Shown piece after piece: positions 38,001 through 47,690 of a stretch of DNA of 64,000 nucleotides. This DNA is from a virus: IMG/VR virus record IMGVR_UViG_3300032217_000845, positions 61,777-125,776 of that record, one strand, 5' to 3'. Positions within the stretch are counted from its first letter, which is position 1; each line of letters opens with the position of its first letter. The position numbers and the translations under genes are program-made. Under the pieces are notes generated by a model. It saw nothing but the letters and a program-made list of their open reading frames with translations. It had not been told where the DNA came from and did not search any database.

Positions 38001-38848
38001 CCGGAATTGCTAAGAAGCGTAATGACGATGCTAGAGAGTATGGTCAGGGCATTATGAAGGGCATTGCTAAAGACAAAGCTCAACAGTCTTCACTAGACGA
38101 CAAAGGTCGCTACGTTGTAAAAAAGGGCGACAGTCTTTGGTCTATTGCTGATAAGAACAAGCCTTCCAACGAAAGCACTGCTAACTACTGGTCTAAAGTT
38201 ATGAAGGCCAACCCGAAAGAAAACTTTAAGTCTGGTAATCCAAGCCTTATCTACTCCGGTGAGCGTGTGAACCTCCCAGGCGTAAAGAAGAATGCTCCTA
38301 AGATGACTCCTTCCCAGAAGCTAAACGCTCAGGCTAAAGAATATGGTGAAGGTAAGTTGGCAGGTATTGCTAAATCTAAAGCCGAAGCCGCTAAGCGTAA
38401 TGCCGATGCTAAAGAAATTGGTCAGGCTAAGAAAGCCGGTATTGCCAAGAGCAATGCTCAAAAATCTGCAAAGGCAAATGCTGATGCTAAAGAACTAGGT
38501 AAAGCAAAGCAGTCTAGTATTGCTAAGTCTAAGGCTCAGAGTGCCAAGATTAATGCTGATGCTAAGCAGCTGGGAGAAGCTAAAAAAGCTTCTCAGCCAA
38601 AAGCAACTCCTAAGCCTTTCTTGAATCCAGTAAAGCCAGGAGTTCCTAAGTCTCTACAGAAGCCAGCCCCTTCCAAGCAGCCTCAAAAGCCAGCCCCCTC
38701 CAAGCAGCCCGAGAAAAACCCTATTAGGGAAGCACTTGAAGGTATTAAGAAACGTACTACCTATAAGCAAGAGGTTTTTGTACCAGCTTCAGAACAGAAG
38801 GCAGTAAAACGTGGCAAGGCTGGAACTCGTAAGCGTAATCAGGGCTAA
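35048..38848 (+). CDS. Large head-module protein with two LysM domains and basic KRNADAKAYGQG repeats
   Basis: YVVQKGDNLWSIS...PSLIYSGERVTLP (about 37172) and YVVKKGDSLWSIA... (about 38111); N-terminal GTPVG..TAR...YFARHE...IAWALWGG domain. Confidence 0.85.
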   Translation: MVNFVGRSGELALFSNGSDAAVVNTSLNLVVGVGEYSVLSATREWQSTDEVISSSVIELAAGAVTTLDIKVITAAAGRMYTIPDGAKGEAKKALEWHKEHHRGGTPVGLNTARTLAKGGQIGIEKVRHIAKYFARHEVDKKGKGYKPGQDNFPSNGRIAWALWGGDTAWRWAKAIVERENKKALTAGGYALPGYHDSVETYRTADAYDSSMDAFKMAHELEPEYGPEFMARVRMDGSGIDRLYKVDHDGTVCVWDGKGWDDLGHVEGDIWSYDRALDDPYDHCEKDHFIIDPESAVAISGHMQENPFNRVSLEDIDAYEANLMADGIPDEDWQMVDYALTAAGDSMSGAKGAKPTGAVKAGDGQYTAAERSNIATSAPRDATGKFAKSGGRAVVGNNPATGAGTIVGRSKTPGNIMFKKDSDGQTIDVPAKYSTPEDKFQAPTPPTGVDYGKPLDTSGILGEPRTPNDMPGAQLKGTLPPMTQQDMKSLLNDWPSYVQKQRASFTPTNEADARKYAQETKQKVREVPTVTRTPITTFKDGKLVQQNRVTKQSSPSAVDKFLPNPVKPGVPKSLQVPKRPAVAKPTGQPGAWSTAVKKAPSPYKPIGNNKTAENARKGLLMGPLSGRGPVTKSSSSAGPAPQGNFVRGQSRMDGRPGSTVNPKGQPGAWDTGKNGTGRPGIKSADPRNAPGSNRQTTPASKSQFDDKGRYVVQKGDNLWSISDKNKPKGQTTAQYWNKVLDANKGKFKSGNPSLIYSGERVTLPGVGKPMSPAEKRNADAKAYGQGIMQGIAKDKAQKAAKQNSDAKQYGQGILAGKAKAKAEADKRNADAKAYGQGRIAGNAKAKAAADAKRNADAKEIGTAKLKAAAKVKAASDKRNADAKAYGQGIKSGIAQKRNADAKAYGQGILSGKAKAQAQADKRNADAKAYGKGIMSGQAKAKAAADAKRNSDAKAYGQGIKSGIDKAKADAAKRNADAKAFGEGKKAGIAKKRNDDAREYGQGIMKGIAKDKAQQSSLDDKGRYVVKKGDSLWSIADKNKPSNESTANYWSKVMKANPKENFKSGNPSLIYSGERVNLPGVKKNAPKMTPSQKLNAQAKEYGEGKLAGIAKSKAEAAKRNADAKEIGQAKKAGIAKSNAQKSAKANADAKELGKAKQSSIAKSKAQSAKINADAKQLGEAKKASQPKATPKPFLNPVKPGVPKSLQKPAPSKQPQKPAPSKQPEKNPIREALEGIKKRTTYKQEVFVPASEQKAVKRGKAGTRKRNQG

Positions 38849-38906
38849 ATAGCACTAACCAGTCCAAAGTATACTAATACTAGTGAATTTTAAAGAAGGT
38901 ACTCAG

Positions 38907-41900
38907 ATGGCAGAAGCACCAGCGGTCGCCCCTAAAGCACAGGGCGCACCCGAGGTTACCCCAGCCACATCGGATGTTCCGCCACTATACATGGCTATTG
39001 TGTCTCCTGATGACCCGGCTGCAGTTATGCAAGTTGTTGCTCTTACCCCCGAGAACGCTGAGTCCACAAACCCTATGACATTTAAGCGTGTTGAAGGTCA
39101 GTGGGTTAAAGATGAGCAAATTCTTCGTGACCTAAAGTCTGCCACTCCACCACCTGTAGTTCCTCTTGATGCAACTGTTCTTGATGGTGTGTTACAACAG
39201 GTTGATAAGGCTAGCCCAGCTGTTACTGCTTCTGGCTTAATTGCTGTCTTCCGCCTCACCGACCTAGATGAGATTCTAGAAAAAGAAGACGAGCAAGAAA
39301 CTTCTTATGTTGATGCACTTGTAGCTTCAGTTTTTGCTGGAGTTGAAGAGTATGCTTCTGATGAAGAAGACTACTTTGCTCTACTTTCCACTGAAGAATA
39401 TGCCATGCTTGAAGCAGAAGGTCTTCTAGAGGAATTTTCTATTCAAGCAGCTGGCGGTCTAGACCGTAACCGTGGTAATGCCGAAGAACTACGTCGTTAC
39501 TGGACTAAGGGTAAGGGTGCTGCAAAGATTCGCTGGGGTACCCCTGGCGACTGGACCCGTTGTGTCCGTCATTTATCTAAGTACATGGGTACTCGTGCAA
39601 AGGGCTATTGCCAGCTTCGTCACAAGGATGCTCTAGGTTTCTATACAGCTACCCACGCAAAAAATGACCGTGCTCACGACTTTGCTGCGGATGAGTCATT
39701 TGAAGCAGCAGTTATTGAGCAAGCTTTCCTAACTGCTCAAGCTAATGTTGCTCGCTCACGTATGTCTTTGACAGCAGCAGCCACTACCGCTGAGCCTATG
39801 TATGGTGCAGAGTTTTCTATCCCTCTAGTTCTTCCAGAAGACCACGAGTCGGGAGATGGACGTAAGTTTAAGACAGAATCAGTAGAGATTAGAGAACTGC
39901 CTCTACCTCTTCTATGGCAGTACAAAACTGGCGAAGGCCATTCAGGTTCAGTAGTCGTAGGCCGTATCGACTACATGGAGAGAATTGAAGGCGGAATTGG
40001 AAATGCACGTGGTGTATTTGACAATGGCCCTCACGGTAAAGAAGCCGAGCGTTTAGTTCGTAACGGATTTCTCCGTGGCGTATCTGCAGACCTCGACCAG
40101 TTTGAAGCAAAAGAATCAAAAGCGGAAGGTTCCGCAGATGAGCTTGGCGACGAACTTGGAAAGAACAAAATTACCATAAATCACGCCCGTGTTATGGCTG
40201 TTACAATTGTACCCAAGCCCGCTTTTCAAGAGTGTTTAATCATGCTTGTAAAAGACGAGGAGCAGGAGGATGACATGATTCCTAAAGATGGAATTTACGA
40301 AGAATCGGTTGATGCGCAAGAGCCAGGAGCATCGTTAGTTGCATCTGGCTTCCTTAGTGCACCAATCCCGACTGTACCACCGACCGATTGGTTTGCTGAC
40401 CCGTCTCTAAGCAAGCCAACCCCACTGACTATTACTGAAGATGGCCGCATCTACGGTCACGTTGCTGCATGGCATGTAAACCACATAGGTCTGCCAAATA
40501 ATACTAAGCCACCTCGCTCTCGTAGCAACTATGCCTACTTCCACACTGGCGTTGTACGTACCGATGCTGGTAAAGATGTTCCAGTTGGTCAGCTAACTCT
40601 TGCTGGTGGACATGCATCTCTACATGCCAGTGCATCCCAGGCAGCTAAGCACTACGATGACACAGCTTCTGCTATTGCAGACGTCCACGCGGGTGAGGAC
40701 CGCCACGGTATTTGGGTAGCTGGCTCTCTACGTCCAGAGGCAACTGAATCACAGATTCGTGCACTTCGTGCCTCTGCTCCTTCAGGTGACTGGCGTCCAG
40801 TCGGTGGCTCACTTGAGCTTGTTGCTGTATGTCAGGTAAACGTTCCTGGCTTCCCAATTGCTCGTGCTCTTGTTGCATCTGGTTCTGTTATGGCTCTTGT
40901 AGCTGCTGGTGCATATGAAATGGCTATGATGCGTTTCGATGCAGCAAGCAAGCTAACTGCTAAAGCTGATGCACTTGGTGCTCTAAGCTCTAGCGTTGAA
41001 GACCTAAACATTCGTGAGCGAATCTCGACTAAGAAGATTGACTCCGAGTTTGGATACGTATCTCGTGACGAGCGTCAAAAGCTTGCTTCCGAGGGCAAAG
41101 CACTTCCAGACGGCTCTTATCCAGTAAGCAATGTAGATGACTTAAAAAATGCTATTCAAGCATATGGACGTTCTAAAGAAGCTGACCGTGCCAAGGTTCG
41201 TCGTCACATAATTAAGCGTGCAAACGCTCTCAAGGTTCGTCACATGATTCCAGAAGACTGGAAGACTGCTTCTTCAAGTGAAGCTTATTCAGCTCTATCT
41301 AACATGCGTTCAAAGATTGAATCCCTTACTGCTGCTATACCCGCTCCAGTTGAGATTAGCGATACCGACTTAAAAAAACTTGAAGACGCCAAGATTGCTG
41401 CTGACTTAGAACGTGAACAAGTACAGGCAGAAATCAAAGCTCGTAAAGACGGTTCAGTTCTTCCAAACAATGCCCTACCTAAATTTGACCAGGAAACTGG
41501 ACTAACTAAGTTTATCCCTGGTAAGACTCAGCCTCGTGATGCTGCTGGTAAGTTCCGTAAGGTTCTTGCTCGTCTAAAGCAGGACCTAGGTGTTGCTGGT
41601 CTACAGGAAGCTTTGAAGCAAGTAGAGAAGACCGAGAACTTAGAGTTTGCTGGAAACTATACTCAGGCCGCGGCTTCTGCTCAAGACCTGCTTGGAACTA
41701 TTGACCGCCTCGACTCAGGTGCTCTAGATGCAACTAAATTGGAGAATGTTCGCCTTACCGCGAAAGACCTTGGAAAAGTAATTTCTAACCTACCGTTGCC
41801 ATTTACTAACCAAGCACAAAAAGTTAGATTTTCCGACCTTCCGCCTGCACTAAAGAATCTTGTCGATGACATGATTACTCGTGTAGAAGGGAAGATTGGT

Positions 41901-42017
41901 AAAAAGGACGCAGATGTTGCAACCGCAAAACTGCGTTCCTACAAGTCCGGAGCCGACGTTTTCTCTCAGTCTGAGATTTCATCTGAGATGGCTACGTTGC
42001 TCCGACTCCTTACCTAA
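38907..42017 (+). CDS. Capsid maturation protease (multidomain fusion)
   Basis: ESGDGR...LPLPLLWQ...GH.GS.VVGRID and GVSADLD...AVTIVPKPAF prohead-protease-like core; directly precedes the capsid gene. Confidence 0.8.
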   Translation: MAEAPAVAPKAQGAPEVTPATSDVPPLYMAIVSPDDPAAVMQVVALTPENAESTNPMTFKRVEGQWVKDEQILRDLKSATPPPVVPLDATVLDGVLQQVDKASPAVTASGLIAVFRLTDLDEILEKEDEQETSYVDALVASVFAGVEEYASDEEDYFALLSTEEYAMLEAEGLLEEFSIQAAGGLDRNRGNAEELRRYWTKGKGAAKIRWGTPGDWTRCVRHLSKYMGTRAKGYCQLRHKDALGFYTATHAKNDRAHDFAADESFEAAVIEQAFLTAQANVARSRMSLTAAATTAEPMYGAEFSIPLVLPEDHESGDGRKFKTESVEIRELPLPLLWQYKTGEGHSGSVVVGRIDYMERIEGGIGNARGVFDNGPHGKEAERLVRNGFLRGVSADLDQFEAKESKAEGSADELGDELGKNKITINHARVMAVTIVPKPAFQECLIMLVKDEEQEDDMIPKDGIYEESVDAQEPGASLVASGFLSAPIPTVPPTDWFADPSLSKPTPLTITEDGRIYGHVAAWHVNHIGLPNNTKPPRSRSNYAYFHTGVVRTDAGKDVPVGQLTLAGGHASLHASASQAAKHYDDTASAIADVHAGEDRHGIWVAGSLRPEATESQIRALRASAPSGDWRPVGGSLELVAVCQVNVPGFPIARALVASGSVMALVAAGAYEMAMMRFDAASKLTAKADALGALSSSVEDLNIRERISTKKIDSEFGYVSRDERQKLASEGKALPDGSYPVSNVDDLKNAIQAYGRSKEADRAKVRRHIIKRANALKVRHMIPEDWKTASSSEAYSALSNMRSKIESLTAAIPAPVEISDTDLKKLEDAKIAADLEREQVQAEIKARKDGSVLPNNALPKFDQETGLTKFIPGKTQPRDAAGKFRKVLARLKQDLGVAGLQEALKQVEKTENLEFAGNYTQAAASAQDLLGTIDRLDSGALDATKLENVRLTAKDLGKVISNLPLPFTNQAQKVRFSDLPPALKNLVDDMITRVEGKIGKKDADVATAKLRSYKSGADVFSQSEISSEMATLLRLLT

Positions 42018-42145
42018 AAAGTAAGGTAAAATTAGGTATAGGTGGAGTGCCTCCACGCCAAGTTGCGTGTGTAGTCCCTCGGCCTGACTGTTCACCAATG
42101 AATGCGAACCCGCATTCAGTAAACAAAACTGGCCTAGGAGGTACA

Positions 42146-44128
42146 GTGGACCACATCAATGCACAACTTGATGCGCTAGCGGAGCTAAGTGACGAACAAG
42201 TCGCCGAGCTTCAGGGTGCAATCATAAGTGAATTCGAAGTAGTCGAAGGCGAAGAGCCTACTCCTGAGACAGTTGATGCCATGACGTCACTAGCTGACTC
42301 TCTTGACACAGTACGTGGTGAGCTTTCGCGCCGTGAGGCGCTGGCTGCCGAGCTAGCTTCCGCAGCAGCAGAAGCCACCGCACGTGTTAAGGGTTCAGAT
42401 GACGCCACAGAAAATGGAGAGGCTATGACTGACTATGCAGAAGAAGAGGTGCCAGTGGAAGAAGTTCCAGCTGATGCACCACCAGCGGAAGAGATGCCTG
42501 CAGAGGCAGCTCCAGCTGAAGACATGCCTGTAGAGGAGGCTCCTGTTGAAGGAGCTCCCGCTGAAGGTACTCCTGAGGAAGAAGTCACAGAAACTCCTGC
42601 AGAAGAAGATGAAGAAAAGAAGAAAAATGCTTCCGAGTACTCAGCTGAAACTACAGACGCATCAATCGTTCAGGAAGAAGGCACCGAGCTTTCGGCCACA
42701 GATGGAACTCCTGCAAATGCAGAAGCTCCAGCAGAAGTATCTGAAGCAGTCGTTGAGACTGTTGAAGGTTCTGAAGCATCAACCCTAGAAACATCAACAA
42801 TTGAGCCAGAGGCTCAGGAAGGGCAGGCACCCGTGACCGCCGCAGCAGAAGAGGGCTTCTCAGCCCCTGCAGACCGTCAGCCTGTTATCCAGGTTACAGA
42901 GGCAGCTCCAGTGGCAATCACTGCAGGTGCTGACATTCCTGGTTACACAGCTGGCTCAACCATCAACGACATGAACGAAGTAGCTCAGGCTATGGAAAAG
43001 CGTATCCACTCGCTTCGTCGTGTTAACGGAGGAGACGGAGAGCAGCACATTGTTGCTTCCCTAACCACCGCGTACCCAGAGTCACGCACTCTGACAACCG
43101 ACGCAGAGTCAAACCAGCTGAAAATCAACAGCGTTGTAGGCCCTGAGGCACTTGTTGCTTCTGGTGGTCACGCAGCACCTTTCGAGGTTAAGTACGACAT
43201 CTATGCAATCGGTTCTACAAACGTCCGCCCAGTGCGTGACGCTCTGCCTAAGTTCCAGGCTGACCGCGGTGGTATCCGCTTCGTAACTCCACCGAGTTTC
43301 GCAGCTGACACCTACAACGCTGCTGTCGGAGTATGGACTGCCGCTACTGACACTTTGCCTTACGCTAACACCAAGGCTTCGTACACAGTAACTGCTGCTA
43401 ATGAAAACACCGTCTCAACAGACGCTGTTACTCTACAGCTACAGTTCGGTAACCTAATGACCCGTGCTTACCCAGAACTAATTGCTCGCCACAACGAGCT
43501 AGCTCTAGTACAGCACGCTCGTGAGGCAGAAGACAACCTGCTAAGCAAGATTGGCAACGCATCTACAGCTGTTACAACCACAAGCCTTATCGGTTTTGGT
43601 CGTGACTTCCTAGTTCAGATTCGTCGTGCCGCTACTGCTTACCGCAGCCGTCACCGCATCGACCCTAAGACCAACCTAAAGGCGATTATCCCAGCTTGGG
43701 TATACTCCGCTATGGCTGCTGACCTAACCCTGTCTATGCCAGGTGATGGTACTTTGTCAGTCTCTGAGTCAGAAATCAATGGTTACCTTGCTAACGTAAA
43801 CGTAACCTTGACTCCTACTCTAGATGGTACTGTCTTTGGTTCACAGAGTGCTGGCGCACTTCTTGAGTTCCCAGACTCATTCGTCTGGTACCTATTCGCA
43901 GAGGGTACATTCCTCTTCCTAGATGGTGGAACTCTTGACCTAGGTATCATCCGTGACAGCTCTCTGGTTGGCACAAACGACTACAAGATGTTCGTTGAAA
44001 CTTTCGAGAACGTTGCCTTTGTTGGTATCGAAGCTCTAAAGATTACATCGACCATCAGCGTGAACGGTGTAGCCGCTGCTCTCCGCGACACCACTGGTGG
44101 CGCAACTGCAGCTGCAATCGAGTACTAA
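42146..44128 (+). CDS. Major capsid protein (hexamer-type) with acidic N-terminal scaffold-like region
   Basis: GTG after GGAGG; ALVASGG, VRDALPKFQA.RGG and LDLGIIRDS....NDY..F.E.FE patterns; terminator follows. Confidence 0.85.
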   Translation: MDHINAQLDALAELSDEQVAELQGAIISEFEVVEGEEPTPETVDAMTSLADSLDTVRGELSRREALAAELASAAAEATARVKGSDDATENGEAMTDYAEEEVPVEEVPADAPPAEEMPAEAAPAEDMPVEEAPVEGAPAEGTPEEEVTETPAEEDEEKKKNASEYSAETTDASIVQEEGTELSATDGTPANAEAPAEVSEAVVETVEGSEASTLETSTIEPEAQEGQAPVTAAAEEGFSAPADRQPVIQVTEAAPVAITAGADIPGYTAGSTINDMNEVAQAMEKRIHSLRRVNGGDGEQHIVASLTTAYPESRTLTTDAESNQLKINSVVGPEALVASGGHAAPFEVKYDIYAIGSTNVRPVRDALPKFQADRGGIRFVTPPSFAADTYNAAVGVWTAATDTLPYANTKASYTVTAANENTVSTDAVTLQLQFGNLMTRAYPELIARHNELALVQHAREAEDNLLSKIGNASTAVTTTSLIGFGRDFLVQIRRAATAYRSRHRIDPKTNLKAIIPAWVYSAMAADLTLSMPGDGTLSVSESEINGYLANVNVTLTPTLDGTVFGSQSAGALLEFPDSFVWYLFAEGTFLFLDGGTLDLGIIRDSSLVGTNDYKMFVETFENVAFVGIEALKITSTISVNGVAAALRDTTGGATAAAIEY

Positions 44129-44140
44129 AAAACGCAGTGG

Positions 44141-44170
44141 AGGGGGGCTCGGCAACGGGCCCCCTAACAC
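44141..44170 (+). terminator. Terminator-like hairpin after the capsid gene
   Basis: AGGGGGGCTCG-GCAA-CGGGCCCCCT; no clear T tract. Confidence 0.55.
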
Positions 44171-44204
44171 AGCAAACACACAGACTTTAAATTAAGGATT
44201 TCAG

Positions 44205-45296
44205 ATGGCTTTCCCAAAGAATGGCGTTGTAGAGGCACCAAAGATTGTGCCCTCCGCTTTTGGCCTACTCACTGTAGTCAAGCCTGAAAATTCAGCTGAC
44301 GAAAACATGTGGATTCGTGGTTTCTCTCAAGAGTTTGAGACTGAAATTTATTCAGCAAAAAACTGGGACGACACTGACACTACTAGTTCTGTAGTTGTAG
44401 CTGCAGGTGTCCCTAACTATTTCACCAAAATTGACCCATTCTTTATTGAGGCAGAAGAGCTTCGTTCAGGTTTAGGGTTCCTAGGTCTTGACCGTGTTGC
44501 ACGCCTAAAACGCCAACTTGACGGTATTACCCAAGACGCTATGGAGAAAGAACTTTGGGACGGCGATATTAGAATTGGTCAGAGCCATCCTAACCGCGCT
44601 TTAGTGTCTTCTGGCGTTACCGTGCTTGATGGTACTGGACTCTCGTCAAAGCGTGCTTTGGCAGTACTAGAGCATGGCATCGGTGTGGTATCAGAATCTG
44701 GCGAGCAGGGAGTCATTCACGCTACTAGAGATACAGTCGCTATTCTCTCAAGCAACAATCAAATGCTTTTCCACAGCAAAAACTTTGACCACCTACAAAC
44801 TTTTGGTGGCACTCCACTGGTAGTAGGTTCTGGCTACACTGGCAACGGTCCTCGTATTGCTGTTGCCACTGCAACTATTAGCGGTAGCACTACGCTGACT
44901 ATCAATACTTCAGGCGACCACTATCTTCTTGCTGGCGATACTGTTCGCTATTCTGTTGTTGGAGCACTAATCAACCAATCTTCAACTTCTACAGCAGTTG
45001 TCACTAAAGTTGACGCTGACACAGTAACAATTACTATTGCAAGCGCTACTAACCGTTCTCAAGAAGCGGTTACTGGCTACATTCAGCAGTTGGGAACCAA
45101 CTCTGCAAAATGGATTTACGGCACCGGAACAGTCCGCACATACGTGGGCGAAATTGATGTCGTGAACGACAATCTAGCGCAAGCTTATGATGTGTCGGGA
45201 AATCAAAATGACATGAGACTTAAAGCAATCCGCCCAGCTGCGGTTTACTTTGATACCTCGATACACCTCGCTGTTCGGGTCGACCTAACAGCTTAA
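44205..45296 (+). CDS. Second capsid protein (pentamer-type) with an inserted beta-rich domain
   Basis: Position after the hexamer-type capsid gene; T..GT..V.G.GY and WIYGTG.V motifs flank a Thr/Ser/Val-rich insertion. Confidence 0.65.
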   Translation: MAFPKNGVVEAPKIVPSAFGLLTVVKPENSADENMWIRGFSQEFETEIYSAKNWDDTDTTSSVVVAAGVPNYFTKIDPFFIEAEELRSGLGFLGLDRVARLKRQLDGITQDAMEKELWDGDIRIGQSHPNRALVSSGVTVLDGTGLSSKRALAVLEHGIGVVSESGEQGVIHATRDTVAILSSNNQMLFHSKNFDHLQTFGGTPLVVGSGYTGNGPRIAVATATISGSTTLTINTSGDHYLLAGDTVRYSVVGALINQSSTSTAVVTKVDADTVTITIASATNRSQEAVTGYIQQLGTNSAKWIYGTGTVRTYVGEIDVVNDNLAQAYDVSGNQNDMRLKAIRPAAVYFDTSIHLAVRVDLTA

Positions 45297-45329
45297 CCAT
45301 AACCACAATAACCTAAGGAGAATAGCTCA

Positions 45330-46496
45330 ATGGCTACTCAAGATTATGCAGCAAGCATCCAAGGTGTGTCAATCCGTGTCACCCGTCTGGACGCTGCTGG
45401 AAACCTACTAACTGGTCCTCTGGACAGCTACACCACGTCAGCTTTTATGCGTGTTTCGTTCACCCCTGAATATGAAGAGGGCGACGAAATCACCGAAAAA
45501 GGTGCAAACGGTGTCATCTGCGTGTCCTACAAGGCTCCAGACACCCTGAAGCGTATCACCATGGAGCTCGCTATTTGTGAGCCGGACCCAGAGCTTTCTG
45601 CTTTGCTTTCTGGTGGTTTGCTTCTTCGCAAAGATATCTCAAACGATGGCAATCCTTCCTTCAAATCTGTTGGTTGGGCTGCTCCAGGCGTTGGAGATGA
45701 CCCAGCCGGTAACGGTGTAGCCATCGAATGTTGGTCACACGCAGTTTCTGGTGGTAAGCGTGCCGGAGTACTTCCGTACTTCCACTGGGTATTCCCATAC
45801 GCTAAGTTCCGTCAGTCAGGCGACCGTGTAATTGAAAACGGTATGATGGCTAACACCTTCGAAGGCTACGGTCTTGGAAATGTTAACTTTGCTACTGGTA
45901 TTGATGGCCGCTGGGAGTTCCCGGTTGCTGCAGAGCGTCCATACGCTTATGCACGTACATCATACGCACCGACCGGTCTATCAGGCTTCTATACCTGGTC
46001 TGACAACTCAACCAACCAGGTTGTATTCTCAGCTAGCGGTGCTGGTACCAAGAACAAGACCACAATCACAATTGCTAACGTTGCTGCAAGCAACACAACT
46101 AACAGTAACAACATCACTATGGGCTTCTCAAATAACCCTGTTCTCTCTGTTGGTGACTTGATTCGTGTTCAGAACATTGGCACCGAGTTTGATGGTGATG
46201 TACTTGTTGTATCTTATGCAGCTAACACCATCACCTACACCTCACCTGTAGCAAATACTACGTTCAACACCATTACTACTAACACTGCTGTGGTTACAAA
46301 CAGCATTGCTCGTGTTCAGGTGCTCAACGCTGCTACCGAGGTTCGTGTATCACCTGTTGCTACAACTGAGACAGACTTTGCCTCAGCAGCTGCAGATTCT
46401 ACATTCAACGTTCCTGGAAGCAGGACTTACAATGCTGATAATGCTATCGACAACATCATCACAGCTAACGAAACTGGCTCAACAACTGCCAACTAG
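45330..46496 (+). CDS. Major tail protein with C-terminal extension
   Basis: IRVTRLDAAG...EYEEGDEI..K.ANG..CV pattern; RBS AAGGAG; terminator follows. Confidence 0.85.
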   Translation: MATQDYAASIQGVSIRVTRLDAAGNLLTGPLDSYTTSAFMRVSFTPEYEEGDEITEKGANGVICVSYKAPDTLKRITMELAICEPDPELSALLSGGLLLRKDISNDGNPSFKSVGWAAPGVGDDPAGNGVAIECWSHAVSGGKRAGVLPYFHWVFPYAKFRQSGDRVIENGMMANTFEGYGLGNVNFATGIDGRWEFPVAAERPYAYARTSYAPTGLSGFYTWSDNSTNQVVFSASGAGTKNKTTITIANVAASNTTNSNNITMGFSNNPVLSVGDLIRVQNIGTEFDGDVLVVSYAANTITYTSPVANTTFNTITTNTAVVTNSIARVQVLNAATEVRVSPVATTETDFASAAADSTFNVPGSRTYNADNAIDNIITANETGSTTAN

Positions 46497-46512
46497 TAGC
46501 TAATAACTCAGT

Positions 46513-46555
46513 GGGCGGTGCATTCAGTAAAATGGATGTACCGCCCGTTTAGTTT
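46513..46555 (+). terminator. Intrinsic terminator
   Basis: GGGCGGTGCATTCA...TGGATGTACCGCCC-GTTT. Confidence 0.7.
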
Positions 46556-46572
46556 GATAGACAGAGGAAGAC

Positions 46573-47682
46573 ATGGCAAATAACCTGTGGATTCAGCCAG
46601 AAGAGCTGGGTCACTATGCCAATACCGAGTACGCTCAGGAGGCGTGCGAGGTTGCCTCTTTCCTGCTTTGGGCAATGTCTGGTCGCAAATACACTGGTGA
46701 AACTGTTGTAACTGAGCGTTACACTTGTGTACTTCGCAATAACCGTATGGGACCTTCTTCAAAGACAAATTCTCCAGTTCTGTTCGGTGGAGATGTGTTC
46801 AACATTCCATCGGGTGACTATGACGAATACTCAGAACTCACCGCAGACGGCCTCTCCCCAGATGCTCGTATTCGACTTCGCGGTCGTCCAGTAACAAAAA
46901 TTATTGCTATCCGTAACAAGGTCGGAGCAATCATTGACCCGTCTAAGTACTATCTTGTAGACCACTCAACTATCCACGTTGCTGCTGGCACTCCTTGGAC
47001 CCCATGTAATACAGAAATTACTTACATGTATGGCGTCCCTGTTCCAGTTGCTGGAAAGATGGCTGCACTAACTATGGCTACAGAATTTGCCAAGCTTTGG
47101 GCCGGAGATGACGACTGTGCTTTGCCGCAGCGTATTACATCTGTATCTCGCCAGGGTGTCTCTTACACAATTCTTGATAATCAGGAGTTCATTGCTGAAC
47201 TTCGTACTGGTCTTTACGCAGTTGACCTATTCCTTAAGACAGTCAACCCAGACAACGCTCGTAGGAAGTCAAAGGTCTTTACTCCTGATGTTCCTCGTGC
47301 TCGCCGTTACACAGCTAAGCCGTTGTATCTGACTGCAAATGCTCTCTTTGATGTAAAACTAATCCGCAGTGCAGCTGGCTCATGGACATCTGTTGGAACT
47401 AGTGCAAACCTAGCTGCATTGGTTGATGACACCGGCTGGACTCCTGTTGTTACTCTTCGCAACTACGGTGCTACTAAATCTGTAGACCTAGACACGTCTG
47501 ACATAACTGTAAATACCACAACTAATATTGTCACGTTCTCGGTTTCTTATGACAAAGCTTTTGCAGCAATCGGAATGGTTGACCCTGGAACTTGGACGCT
47601 ATATGCAACCAAGACTATCGCTGGCGTACCAACTGTCAGCGAACTTGCCACGGGTAACTTGAAGATTCAGATGTACGACTAG
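46573..47682 (+). CDS. Head-to-tail adaptor
   Basis: LLWAMSGR...CALPQRITSVSRQGVS...TGL..VD.F...VNP pattern. Confidence 0.75.
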   Translation: MANNLWIQPEELGHYANTEYAQEACEVASFLLWAMSGRKYTGETVVTERYTCVLRNNRMGPSSKTNSPVLFGGDVFNIPSGDYDEYSELTADGLSPDARIRLRGRPVTKIIAIRNKVGAIIDPSKYYLVDHSTIHVAAGTPWTPCNTEITYMYGVPVPVAGKMAALTMATEFAKLWAGDDDCALPQRITSVSRQGVSYTILDNQEFIAELRTGLYAVDLFLKTVNPDNARRKSKVFTPDVPRARRYTAKPLYLTANALFDVKLIRSAAGSWTSVGTSANLAALVDDTGWTPVVTLRNYGATKSVDLDTSDITVNTTTNIVTFSVSYDKAFAAIGMVDPGTWTLYATKTIAGVPTVSELATGNLKIQMYD

Positions 47683-47690
47683 GAGAGATA

